Assembly (NCBI GenBank): GCA_965219385.1
Contig: CBDCNM010000002.1
Span: 3,296,305-3,360,304, forward strand
Length of the DNA: 64,000 nt
Direction of reading: 5' to 3'
From: Candidatus Latescibacterota bacterium
GTDB lineage: Bacteria > Latescibacterota > UBA2968 > UBA8231
In this document: positions 41,859 to 51,527 of the stretch, in pieces
Layout: every line of letters starts with the position of its first letter
Numbering within the stretch: position 1 is the stretch's first letter
Program-made: the position numbers and the translations under genes
Notes under the pieces: model-generated
Databases searched by the model: none
Seen by the model: only the letters and a program-made list of their open reading frames with translations
What the model was told of the DNA's origin: nothing

Positions 41859-42033
41859 CTTAAAAACGACAGGTTTGCCTCAAAATGGGCTAATCCGAGC
41901 TTGTCTCCCAGAGGGAAACCGCGAAAAACAGGGGTGAAATCAATGGTTTCCCGTTGCAACGATTTCCAACTCTAACATACTGTCGAACAAAGAATTACGA
42001 GAACGTGCAGGGCGAAAACCTATCGATTCCAAG
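41859..42033. mobile_element. Second diverged copy of the MITE, inverted relative to 38193-38366
   Basis: cttaaaaacgacaggtttg...cccagagggaaacc...gaaatcaatggttt...aaacctatcgattccaag aligns end to end with the reverse complement of copy 1. Confidence 0.85.
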
Positions 42034-42221
42034 TAGCTTGATCACGCGGGACAGACTTCTTGCCTCGTTGGATGCTTGCTGCTATATTTGCCATCAAAAT
42101 TTCTTGTGGGTTGGTCGCCAAAGGCATTGATCTGTGATCCAGTGGTGGATTTTCGATACGTCCGTGATTTTTATTATGAGTTTCGTGATAATTAACCGAT
42201 ATATCCCCTATAGCTGGCAAA

Positions 42222-43346
42222 ATGAAAGAAAGACGCAAAAGCTTGAAAATAATAGATTTATTTAGTGGTGCTGGTGGATTTGGTCTGGGCGCAAAACGAG
42301 CCGGATTCGATATAGCAGGGTCAGTAGAGATCGATCTACAAGCAATTTCAGTACACAAGAAAAATTTCCCAAAATCACCGCTTTGGGAGAAAGACATATC
42401 AACCATCTCAGGAACAGAAATATTACAAGCTTTCGATCTCAAAGTTCGTGAGGTTGATGGCATAATTGGTGGCCCTCCTTGTCAAGGTTTTAGCCATATA
42501 GGTCATAAGGATACATGTGATCCGCGTAATCAGCTATTTATTCACTTTTTTGAAATTGTCAACGATGCATATCCAAAATTTTTTCTCGTTGAAAATGTAC
42601 CAGGAATTTTAAGTCAAAAAAATTCTCAAATTATCGAACTGGCACGATCTAAGTTGTCACATAGATACGAAATCTTGTCACCTCTAAGACTTATTGCCAA
42701 AGAATTCGGAGTTCCTACAACGCGAAAAAGAGTATTTTTCTTTGGGTATTTAAAAGACCAAATAAATCCGATTAGAGATGCAGAGTTTGTACCCAAAAAT
42801 ACGGAACCCGTTTATGTAAGAGACGCTTTGAGAGGTTTGCCTCAGAGAATAGATCCATTTTGGCTTCGAGAAGAGGATGGGTGGAGAGAGATAGAAAAAG
42901 TAGTAGAAGGCGTCTTTGGCCTGAAGTTGCATGATCAAATTCCTGATGGTGTTGGGCATGAGGAAGCAATTATACGTCTAAAAGAAAACTGTGAAGTATC
43001 AGGATGCCTTGGAACTCGTCATACTAAAGAGGTAATAGATAGGTACTCTAAAATCAAACAGGGCGGAATTGATCAGGTTTCAAAAAGCTATCGTCTTGAC
43101 TATAATGGACTCTGTCCAACGTTGAGAGCAGGTACTGGCAAAGACAAGGGTAGTTATCAAGCGGTTCGTCCTTTACATCCCACGGAAAATCGCGTGATAA
43201 CACCCAGAGAAGCTGCAAGACTCCAAGGCTTTCCAGATTGGTTTCAATTCCACTCTACGAAATGGCATAGCTTCAGACAAATAGGAAATAGCGTGAGTCC
43301 TATTCTGGCGGAACATATTTTAAATGTGATAAAAAAGGCATTCTAA
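42222..43346 (+). CDS. DNA (cytosine-5) methyltransferase
   Basis: DLFSGAGG, GGPPCQGFS, ENVPG, RKRVF, REAARLQGFPD, QIGNSV. Confidence 0.95.
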   Translation: MKERRKSLKIIDLFSGAGGFGLGAKRAGFDIAGSVEIDLQAISVHKKNFPKSPLWEKDISTISGTEILQAFDLKVREVDGIIGGPPCQGFSHIGHKDTCDPRNQLFIHFFEIVNDAYPKFFLVENVPGILSQKNSQIIELARSKLSHRYEILSPLRLIAKEFGVPTTRKRVFFFGYLKDQINPIRDAEFVPKNTEPVYVRDALRGLPQRIDPFWLREEDGWREIEKVVEGVFGLKLHDQIPDGVGHEEAIIRLKENCEVSGCLGTRHTKEVIDRYSKIKQGGIDQVSKSYRLDYNGLCPTLRAGTGKDKGSYQAVRPLHPTENRVITPREAARLQGFPDWFQFHSTKWHSFRQIGNSVSPILAEHILNVIKKAF

Positions 43347-43357
43347 AGGAGGCTGAG

Positions 43358-44770
43358 ATGGCAAAAAACAAGTACGATACAGTTAATGCTAGCCCTGTTA
43401 AATCGTTTTTTGTTGAAATGTTGACCAGGGACATCGAATTGGTCGATGCCATTTTAGATTTACTAGATAACTGTGTTGACGGGATTTTGCGTCAACAGGA
43501 AAATAGTTCAGGTCAAGATCCTTATAAAGGATTTGAAGCTAAAATAAAGTTTGATGAAAATTCATTTTCTATTTCTGATAACTGTGGTGGCATACCTTGG
43601 AATCTTCACGATTATGCTTTCCGGATGGGTAAAGAAAATCAGAATATAGACCGCGAATTACCAACTGTTGGTGTTTATGGAATAGGTATGAAAAGAGCCA
43701 TTTTTAAAATTGGCAAACAATGTTTAATAGCGACCCAAAATAAAGGAGACTGTTATGAAGTTAAGATAACACCGGAATGGATAGAGAATCAGGATGACTG
43801 GAATCTGCCTGTATCTGAATCATCTCAATCTGATAAAGAAGATGGAACGACTATTTTTATCGATGAATTAAATGAGAATATTGAAATACTTTTTGGCAAG
43901 GATAAAGAAAATTTCGCTCGGGAATTAACCCGAAAAATTCAGACACATTACGCTTTTATTATCAATAAGGGTTTTCAAATTGAAATAAATGAAAAACGAG
44001 TTGTGCCTAAACCGACTGAATTGGTTTTTAATGAAACCCAAAATGAAAAAGGCACTGATACGGCAATAAGGCCATATATTTATCGAACGAATAGAGATGG
44101 CGTTAACATTTTTTTGAGTGTAGGTTTTACGAGACCGATACCATCTCAAGAGGAAGTAAATGATGAACAAGAAGAAAAGAGATATTCATCACTGGATGCT
44201 GGATGGACGATAATTTGCAATGATCGCGCTGTTTTATACTGCGATCGTACAGAACTTACGGGGTGGGGAGAAGCAGGTGTACCAAGATATCATACACAGT
44301 TTATAGCTATTTCTGGTATTGTTGAGTTTCAAAGTAATGATGCCTCAAAACTTCCCACTACGACCACGAAAAGAGGGATAGATGCATCTTCGTCTCTCTA
44401 TTTACAGGTAAAAAATAAGATGAGAGAAGGGATGTCCATATTTACTAATTATACCAATAAATGGAAAGGAAATGTGAGTAAATCACAGCAACACATAGCT
44501 TCAGGAACTCCATATACTTTAGAAAAAATAAAAACAGAGTCTGAAAAATTGAAACTGAATCCTGTTCGGTCAGGATTGCAAGGGAAGCAATTTAAGCCTA
44601 AACTGCCTCTGCCTAAATCGGAATTATCTTCAAAAAAAACAATATCATATAGCAAGGATTCAGATGAAATTCGGATAGTTCAAGAATATCTTTTTGGTGA
44701 AGATGAAGTCAGTCCTTCCCGAGTTGGAGAAAAGTGTTTTGATCAGATGTTGAGGGAGGCCCAACAATGA
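43358..44770 (+). CDS. GHKL/MORC-type ATPase (HATPase_c_3)
   Basis: AILDLLDNCVD, DNCGGI, GVYGIGMKRA, DGT. Confidence 0.85.
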   Translation: MAKNKYDTVNASPVKSFFVEMLTRDIELVDAILDLLDNCVDGILRQQENSSGQDPYKGFEAKIKFDENSFSISDNCGGIPWNLHDYAFRMGKENQNIDRELPTVGVYGIGMKRAIFKIGKQCLIATQNKGDCYEVKITPEWIENQDDWNLPVSESSQSDKEDGTTIFIDELNENIEILFGKDKENFARELTRKIQTHYAFIINKGFQIEINEKRVVPKPTELVFNETQNEKGTDTAIRPYIYRTNRDGVNIFLSVGFTRPIPSQEEVNDEQEEKRYSSLDAGWTIICNDRAVLYCDRTELTGWGEAGVPRYHTQFIAISGIVEFQSNDASKLPTTTTKRGIDASSSLYLQVKNKMREGMSIFTNYTNKWKGNVSKSQQHIASGTPYTLEKIKTESEKLKLNPVRSGLQGKQFKPKLPLPKSELSSKKTISYSKDSDEIRIVQEYLFGEDEVSPSRVGEKCFDQMLREAQQ

Positions 44771-45726
44771 AACATCCTCCCTACCATCTAAGAGTGAATA
44801 AAGCAATCGATAGATTTCTTTTGGTCGAAATTCTTGATATACTTAAAAAGCGTTGTGAAATATCTGATTATACATACTATGGGTTTGGTGGTCCTTTTTT
44901 AGAAGATTGTCGACTTATTCATAATCATTGTCCTGAAATTAAGATCGTTTCAATTGAGAAAAACGAACAAACTTTCAAAAGACAAAAATTTCATCGATTC
45001 TCAAAAAATCTGGATCTGAGACGTGAAGATTTTGCCAGTTTCCTTGCGGAGTTCTCAAGTAGTGGTAGAGAAATTTTTTGGCTTGATTATACCGATCTAA
45101 AATGGGAGCACTTCGACGATTTTATGGATGTTTTAGGAAAAGTATCGGAAAATAGCGTCGTCAAAATTACCATTCGATCAGAACCTTCCTTAAATGCCTC
45201 ATCTTCAAATGAGGATCGCGATAAAGAATGGGAAGATTTTCGGCAAAAATATGGTCAAATACTGCCAGCATCAGCACAGCAAAAAGATATTGAGAAACCA
45301 TCGCTTTTTGTAAAATTACTACAGGAAATGTGTAAGATTGCATCGCAAGAAATACTTCCTGCATCAGGTCAAAGTGTTTTTCAGCTTTTAAATTCATCGC
45401 ATTACAATGATCAGATCCAAATGTTAAGTATAACGGGGATGGTTTGTAATAAGAGTGAAGTTTCGGAAATTCGGAAGTGGTTCAAAGATTGGGAGTTTAG
45501 AAATTTAGACTGGGATGCTCCTCGTAGAATCGATCTTCCTATCTTAAGCATCAAAGAAAGATTACATCTTGAGAAGTATCTGCCGACTAAAAAAAGAACA
45601 GGGTGTTTCCTTTCACGAGCTTTGGGGTATAGAATAGATGATACAAATCCAAAACATCTTGAAAAATTGAGGCAATATGAAGAATTTTACCAGTACTATC
45701 CTTACTTTGCACGATTATCTATCTGA
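44767..45726 (+). CDS. Putative SAM-dependent (O-)methyltransferase-fold protein
   Basis: YHLRVNKAIDR, YYGFGGPFLED, IVSIEK, IFWLDY; ATGA-coupled to the ATPase. Confidence 0.55.
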   Translation: MKHPPYHLRVNKAIDRFLLVEILDILKKRCEISDYTYYGFGGPFLEDCRLIHNHCPEIKIVSIEKNEQTFKRQKFHRFSKNLDLRREDFASFLAEFSSSGREIFWLDYTDLKWEHFDDFMDVLGKVSENSVVKITIRSEPSLNASSSNEDRDKEWEDFRQKYGQILPASAQQKDIEKPSLFVKLLQEMCKIASQEILPASGQSVFQLLNSSHYNDQIQMLSITGMVCNKSEVSEIRKWFKDWEFRNLDWDAPRRIDLPILSIKERLHLEKYLPTKKRTGCFLSRALGYRIDDTNPKHLEKLRQYEEFYQYYPYFARLSI

Positions 45727-45849
45727 ACCCCAAGACCCACGCCCGTAGTTGGCTGTCGAAGCTCTGCTTGTAGTGGGCCATCTGGGTTTTGGCCGAGGAG
45801 CGAGATGATAGCCGCTCTGCCAACGACTTTACTGATAGAGTGATCACGG

Positions 45850-45866
45850 GTTCATGCAACAACGCC
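45850..45866. mobile_element. Possible orphan IS5/IS903-type terminal inverted repeat
   Basis: TTCATGCAACAACGCC resembles IS903-group ends; it sits at the edge of the AT-rich block. Confidence 0.35.
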
Positions 45867-45985
45867 TCAAATAGCCATCAAGTAAAATTTGGTATTTGTC
45901 CATCACGCCTATTTTGGCACATATCGCATAAATTTCCGGCTGGCAGATTCGTCTTGCCGACGGATTTGCTCGGCTTCCTGGAACA

Positions 45986-46171
45986 ATGAGGCGAGTGCTT
46001 ATGTACCCAGGCGAAGATGGCTATTGGGTTGCCGAATGTCCTGGTTGGCCCGGTTGTATTAGTCAAGGAAAAACAAAGCAAGAAGCCATTGCCAATATTA
46101 GAGAAGCGATTGAAGGATACATCGTTCCTCTTGAGGAAGATGGACTGCCCTTAGATGGAAATCTCCCTTAA
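45986..46171 (+). pseudogene. hicB: HicB antitoxin, probably C-terminally truncated; no hicA seen
   Basis: EDGYWVAECP..PGCISQGKTKQEAIANIREAI. Confidence 0.7.
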
Positions 46172-46844
46172 ATTGACGCCTTTACACCCCACGACCCGGG
46201 GTCTCGGAGCACAATTCGTCGAAGTGTACGGCTGGTCCGTTCCCCAGGTCTACACCACTACAGAGGCCGAGGTCGAAGCCGCGCGCCAGGGGGTCGCGCT
46301 GGGAGACGATACCCCCAATGGACGGCTCACCATCCAGAGCCTGCAGGCCGAGGCCCTGGTAGAGGCGGCCTTCCAGTCCCCCGCACTGGCCATTGGCGCC
46401 GGAGTAGCCAGGGCGGGGATTCGTCTTTATCGCTTGCGCCACGACCTTTTTTTTATTAGTACCCCACCGGGGGAAGAACAGATGGCCCAGGAGAAACTGC
46501 AGACGGCCACCGAGGAGGCCGGCCATTTCGCCACGGTCGCGGACATCACCCATGGACGCGCCGAAATCCGCATGGTCGGCCCGGCCAGCCAGGCCCTGTT
46601 GAGCAAGCTCTGCGGCCTGGATTTCGCTTCCGGGGTCTTTCCCAACGGCACCGCCAAACAAAGCAGCCTGGCCCGAACCACCCAGCTGATCATCCGCCGC
46701 GATGCGGGCTCTTTGCCGGGTTTTTCCATCATCGGCAAACGCTCTCTGGGACTTTATGTCTGGGAGGTTATCGCCGAGGCGGGTGGCGAATGGGGGCTGG
46801 TTCCGATCGGCCGGGCGGCCCTGGATGTAGTGGAAGAGAGTTGA
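46155..46844 (+). CDS. Aminomethyltransferase / sarcosine oxidase gamma-like folate-binding protein
   Basis: TPLH...GAQFVEVYGW..PQVY, GPASQALLSKLCGLD, GLVPIG..AL. Confidence 0.75.
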   Translation: MEISLKLTPLHPTTRGLGAQFVEVYGWSVPQVYTTTEAEVEAARQGVALGDDTPNGRLTIQSLQAEALVEAAFQSPALAIGAGVARAGIRLYRLRHDLFFISTPPGEEQMAQEKLQTATEEAGHFATVADITHGRAEIRMVGPASQALLSKLCGLDFASGVFPNGTAKQSSLARTTQLIIRRDAGSLPGFSIIGKRSLGLYVWEVIAEAGGEWGLVPIGRAALDVVEES

Positions 46845-46878
46845 GCAACCAGACCAACCGCAACAGGAGGGATGAATC

Positions 46879-48213
46879 ATGACAGTAGAAGAAGTAAGAA
46901 CGCTCATCGCGGAAAAAGGCGTCGAATTTTTCCTCTGTTCCTTCGTGGAAATGGGCGGCCTGCCCAAGGCCAAGGTGGTGCCCTCGACCCACCTGGACGA
47001 CATGGCCGAGGAAGGTGCCGGTTTCGCCGGTTTCGCCGCGGGTGAAATGGGGCAGGGGCCCCACGATCCGGAGATGGCCAATATCCCGGACTTCAATTCC
47101 CTCACTATTGTGCCGTGGCGCCCGGATATGGCCTGGGTGGCGGGCAACATCCAGGTCGAAGGAGAGCCCTACGATTACTGCCCGCGCACCATCCTGCAAC
47201 GGCAGCTGGAAAAAGCCCTGGACCAAGGCTACTTCCTCAATGTGGGGGTCGAGGCCGAGTTCATGCTCCTGAAGCAGGACGAGGGGGGCAACTACGTGCC
47301 CTACGATCCGCTCGATATCCTGGAGAAACCCTGCTACGACTTGGTGACCCTGCACCGCAACCTGGATGTGATGACCACCCTGATCAAGTACATGCAGGGG
47401 TTGGGTTGGGGTCCCTATGCCAACGACCACGAAGACGCCAACTGCCAGTTCGAGATCAACTGGACTTACGCGGACGCCCTCACCACCGCGGACCGGCACA
47501 TCTTCTTCAGGTGGATGGTCAAGTCGGTGGCCGAAGAACATGGGCTGCGGGCGACCTTCATGCCCAAGCCCTTTGCCAACCTGACGGGCAGCGGAGCCCA
47601 TTTTCACATGAGTTTGTGGGACCCGCAAAACCAGACCAACCTCTTCCTCGACGAGCAGGATGAAAACGGCCTGTCGCAGGAGGCCTACTGGTTCATGGGA
47701 GGTCTGCTCAAACACGCCAAGGCCCTGGTGGCGATCAACGGTTCCCTGGTCAACAGCTACAAGCGCCTGACCCGCGGGGCGCCGCGCTCCGGGGCTTCGT
47801 GGGCGCCGGTGTACGTGACCTATGGCGGCTCCAACCGGACCCAGATGATCCGCATCCCCGGACCGGGCCGCCTGGAAAACCGCTCCGTGGACGGGGCGGC
47901 CAATCCCTACCTGTCCTGCGCCGCCATGCTGGCGGCCGGTCTGGACGGTATCGAGAACGAGATCGATCCGGGCGAGCGCAACGACGACAACCTCTACGAG
48001 GTCCCCGAAGACGAGCTGCAGCGGCGAGGTATTGAGCTTCTGCCTGCCACCCTCAAGGAAGCCGTCGACTGCCTGGCGGAGGACGAGGTCGTCAAGCAGG
48101 CCCTGGGGGAGGAATACGCCGATTATTACGTCGAGGTTAAACGCGCCGAGTGGCAGCAATACCACCTCAGCGTGAGTCAGTGGGAGACGGAGCGCTACCT
48201 GCCGATCTACTGA
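46879..48213 (+). CDS. glnT: Glutamine synthetase family, GlnT/GmaS-like (gamma-glutamylmethylamide synthetase type)
   Basis: GAGFAGFA, GVEAEF, NDHEDANCQFEINW, TFMPKPF..TGSGAH, NRT..IR, RLENRSVDGAANPYL. Confidence 0.8.
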   Translation: MTVEEVRTLIAEKGVEFFLCSFVEMGGLPKAKVVPSTHLDDMAEEGAGFAGFAAGEMGQGPHDPEMANIPDFNSLTIVPWRPDMAWVAGNIQVEGEPYDYCPRTILQRQLEKALDQGYFLNVGVEAEFMLLKQDEGGNYVPYDPLDILEKPCYDLVTLHRNLDVMTTLIKYMQGLGWGPYANDHEDANCQFEINWTYADALTTADRHIFFRWMVKSVAEEHGLRATFMPKPFANLTGSGAHFHMSLWDPQNQTNLFLDEQDENGLSQEAYWFMGGLLKHAKALVAINGSLVNSYKRLTRGAPRSGASWAPVYVTYGGSNRTQMIRIPGPGRLENRSVDGAANPYLSCAAMLAAGLDGIENEIDPGERNDDNLYEVPEDELQRRGIELLPATLKEAVDCLAEDEVVKQALGEEYADYYVEVKRAEWQQYHLSVSQWETERYLPIY

Positions 48214-48454
48214 TTGTTTGGAAGAGTTGTGGACAGCGCCCTCGAAGATGAGCCATCGTTTGCACCTAAGAAGCCTTCTTAAAATTCCCGGTGTGCCCCG
48301 AGCGTGCGCGAAACGGGCGTGGGCAAGGCGCCCGATGGAGCCATATTGACCAAATATAGCGACTGAAGGGCAACGCCGATCCACGCCCGTTGCAGCCAGG
48401 CGAAGGCCAGCGGGGGTTTTGAGACGGCTTCTCAAGACAAAGGAGCGAAAAGCC

Positions 48455-49402
48455 ATGGAAGCCACGAGCCTTGCAGACAGCGATGTACAGACGACGCTCT
48501 CCACCCTGAACCAGCGCGGCTACGCCGTGATCGAAGGGGTGCTGGATCCGGCCACGGTAGAGCACTACAAAAACCTGGTGGCCGAACTCTTCGAGCAGGA
48601 ACGGCGGCAGCCCTACGACCCCGACGACGGCACGGAACTGCCCGACGACGAGGAGATCCACCGGTTTCTCAAGGACAATTACCACGTGACCCAGGACGAA
48701 CTGGAGCGGCTTATGCGGCGGATCCGCTCCTCCCGGGCCGAGAACCTGGACACCCCCTGGCCGGTGCCTCCGGATCAGGTGAACAAGTGCTTCCTGCATT
48801 TGCCCACCCTCTTCGATTGCGACCAGTCGCAGCGCATCTGGAACATCGTCGCCAAGGCCCCGGACTGCGGCCGATTGATCGAACACCCCTTTCTGTTGAA
48901 GTTAGTGCGGGGCGTTCTGGGGGCCGACTGTGTGCTGGCCGATTGCAGCGCCACCAGTATCGGGGCGCACACCGGGGGCGGGGCCTGGCATGTGGACGTC
49001 CCCTTGGGCCAGTTGCCCGAGCCCCTGCCGGATTTCCCGCTGACCGTGCAGAATGCCTGGGTGCTGGATGAATTCACCGAGGAGAATGGCGCCACCCGGG
49101 TGGTTGAGGGCAGCCATCTCTGGCGTAGGAAGCCCCGGTGGCAGGAGGGGCAGCAGGAAGGAGAAGCGATCCTGAAGGCCCCCCCGGGTTCGCTGGCCAT
49201 CTGGCTCTCGAATACCTGGCACCGCTCGGGTCCGAATTCCACCGATGGGCCGCGCCGCGCCCTCCTGTGTTACTACAGCCGCTCGTGGGTCAAGCCCTTT
49301 GTGAATTGCGCCGCCAGCCTGGACCCGGAAACAGCCCGGAGCTTCTCGCCGCAGCTGCGTTATTTGCTGGGGTTTTCGGCCTGTGCGCCCAGATGGAGAT
49401 AA
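48455..49402 (+). CDS. Phytanoyl-CoA dioxygenase family protein
   Basis: WHVD, LDEFTEENGATRVVEGSH, WHRSGPN...RR. Confidence 0.85.
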   Translation: MEATSLADSDVQTTLSTLNQRGYAVIEGVLDPATVEHYKNLVAELFEQERRQPYDPDDGTELPDDEEIHRFLKDNYHVTQDELERLMRRIRSSRAENLDTPWPVPPDQVNKCFLHLPTLFDCDQSQRIWNIVAKAPDCGRLIEHPFLLKLVRGVLGADCVLADCSATSIGAHTGGGAWHVDVPLGQLPEPLPDFPLTVQNAWVLDEFTEENGATRVVEGSHLWRRKPRWQEGQQEGEAILKAPPGSLAIWLSNTWHRSGPNSTDGPRRALLCYYSRSWVKPFVNCAASLDPETARSFSPQLRYLLGFSACAPRWR

Positions 49403-49424
49403 ACCCCCATTCAAGGAGATTGAA

Positions 49425-50501
49425 ATGGATTCAGGCCTGTTCATGATGCCGCTGCATCCACCGGAAAAGTCGCGCACCGAGTGTTTCGACGAAGACCTCG
49501 AGCTGGTGGTGCTGTGCGACGAGCTGGACTTTAAAGAGGCCTGGATCGGCCAGCACCACTCCATAGAGTGGGAGCCCATTCCGTCCAACGACGTGTTCAT
49601 CGCCAATGCCCTGCCGCGCACCAAAAACATCCGGCTGGGCACGGGGGTGTCCATCCTGCCCCAGCACCATCCGGTCAATGTGGCCGTCCGCCTGGCCTTT
49701 CTGGATCACCTGGCTCACGGACGCTTCAGCTGCGGCTTCGGGCAGGGGGGCGTGCCCACCGACTGGACCCTGTTCGACCTGCCGGATCCCAAGACCCAGG
49801 GGCTGATGACCCTGGAGGCGATGGACATGATCCTCAAGATGTGGACGACCGAGCCGCCGTTCGACTTCGAGGGGGACTACTGGCACATCAAGCTCGAGAC
49901 TCCGGACCGGAAGCGCGGCATGGGGGTCATACTCCAGCCCTACCAGAAACCGCATCCGCCCGTGGCCATGAGCATTGTAAGGGGAGGCTCCATGGCCGCC
50001 CGCACCGGCGGCAGGCGCGGTTTCCTGCCCATAAGCACCAATCTGGTGCCCGGCAATGTCCTGGCCGATCACTGGCAGACCTATTGCGCCGGGGCCGAAG
50101 AGGCCGGCCGGCCGGCCCCCGACCGGACTACCTGGCGGATCGGGCGCAGCATCTTCATCGGCGAAACCACCCGGGAAGCCCGCGAGTTTGCCCTGAACAG
50201 CGTCTTTGCGCGCTCCTTCGACTACCTGATTCACATCCTCACCAGCGCCAAGATGCTGGGTGTGGTAAAACGGGATCCGGACATGGCCGACGCGGATGTG
50301 ACACCCCAGTACTTCATCGATGAGGTATGCATCGTCGGGGATGTGGAGGAGGTCAAACGCCAGTTGCACAAGGTGTGGGACGAGGTCGGTGGTTTCGGCA
50401 CCCTGCTGATGATAGCGCACGACTGGGACGACCGGGAAAGGTGGATGCGCTCCATCGACTTGCTGGCCAAAGAAGTGATGCCGGCCCTGCCGAGTATTTG
50501 A
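49425..50501 (+). CDS. LLM-class flavin-dependent monooxygenase
   Basis: GLFMMPLH, AWIGQHH, IRLGTGV, LDHLAHGR, PYQKPHPP, LAKEVMP. Confidence 0.9.
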   Translation: MDSGLFMMPLHPPEKSRTECFDEDLELVVLCDELDFKEAWIGQHHSIEWEPIPSNDVFIANALPRTKNIRLGTGVSILPQHHPVNVAVRLAFLDHLAHGRFSCGFGQGGVPTDWTLFDLPDPKTQGLMTLEAMDMILKMWTTEPPFDFEGDYWHIKLETPDRKRGMGVILQPYQKPHPPVAMSIVRGGSMAARTGGRRGFLPISTNLVPGNVLADHWQTYCAGAEEAGRPAPDRTTWRIGRSIFIGETTREAREFALNSVFARSFDYLIHILTSAKMLGVVKRDPDMADADVTPQYFIDEVCIVGDVEEVKRQLHKVWDEVGGFGTLLMIAHDWDDRERWMRSIDLLAKEVMPALPSI

Positions 50502-50504
50502 ACC

Positions 50505-51428
50505 ATGATCGTCGATGTCCACGCCCACATCTTTCCCCGGGTGCACGGCCTGATTGGCACCGGCCCCACCCGCGGCCTGGGCTACGGCCGCATCCTCTTC
50601 GGGGACCAGGAAACACAGCTACTGCCGCCCTACAACGCAGAGACGGTGTACACCCCTGAAATGCTGGTGGCCAATATGGACTGGGCCGGGGTCGATAAGG
50701 TGGTGCTGCTGCAGGGAACGGCCTACGGGGAGTGCAACCACTACGTGCGCCAGGCGCTCTCGCGCTATCCGGATCGCTTGATCGGCGCGGCCTTCTTCGA
50801 TCCGTGGGCCGAGGACAACCGCGCCTTCTTCGAGACCATCGTGGAGCGCCCTGGCTTCAGGGCCGTCAAGCTGGAGTGCTCGGTGGCCGCCGGTCTGTGC
50901 GGCCTGCACCCCCAGGCCCGGCTGGACGCGCCCGAGATCGCCTGGCTGTGGGACGAGATCGACCGGCGCGGCCTGCTCCTGGTGCTGGATCTGGGCGCCG
51001 TGGGCAGCCTTTCCTACCAGACCAGCGCGGTGCGGGCGATGGCCGAGACCCATCCGGATATGCGGATCGTCATAGCCCACCTGGCCCAGCCGCGACCAGA
51101 GGCCGAGGCCGATCCGCGGTTGTGGAGTTTGTGGGAGGAACAGATCGACCTGGGTTTGCTTCCCAATGTGTTTTTCGACAATGCCGCCCTGCCGGCCTAC
51201 CTGCCGGAGGAGGATTTTCCCTACCCTACGATAGAGCGCTACATGCGTCTGGCGGTGGAGCGGATCGGGGCGCACAAGATCATGTGGGGCACGGATCAGC
51301 CGGGGCTGCTGGGGGTTTTGAGTTACCCGCAACTGGTGCGGCTGGCTCATCTGCACACCCGGTTTCTGTCGGCCGCGGAGCAGGAGATGGTGCTGGGCGG
51401 CACGGCCATGCAGGTGTACGGCGGTTAG
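50505..51428 (+). CDS. Amidohydrolase_2 family protein
   Basis: VDVHAH, IVIAHLA, IMWGTD.P. Confidence 0.85.
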   Translation: MIVDVHAHIFPRVHGLIGTGPTRGLGYGRILFGDQETQLLPPYNAETVYTPEMLVANMDWAGVDKVVLLQGTAYGECNHYVRQALSRYPDRLIGAAFFDPWAEDNRAFFETIVERPGFRAVKLECSVAAGLCGLHPQARLDAPEIAWLWDEIDRRGLLLVLDLGAVGSLSYQTSAVRAMAETHPDMRIVIAHLAQPRPEAEADPRLWSLWEEQIDLGLLPNVFFDNAALPAYLPEEDFPYPTIERYMRLAVERIGAHKIMWGTDQPGLLGVLSYPQLVRLAHLHTRFLSAAEQEMVLGGTAMQVYGG

Positions 51429-51527
51429 GCCTTGACTTTCTGGTCTGGTCTGGCCGGACTAATTTATAAGAGAGGGCGATTGCAATGCAGACAACCAATA
51501 TTTTGACGAATTGCCGGAGGTATCGCC

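Noticed and set aside
38193..42033. Composite transposon formed by the two MITEs
   Set aside because: Copy 1 has its own TSD on both sides, indicating independent insertion; no shared outer TSD.
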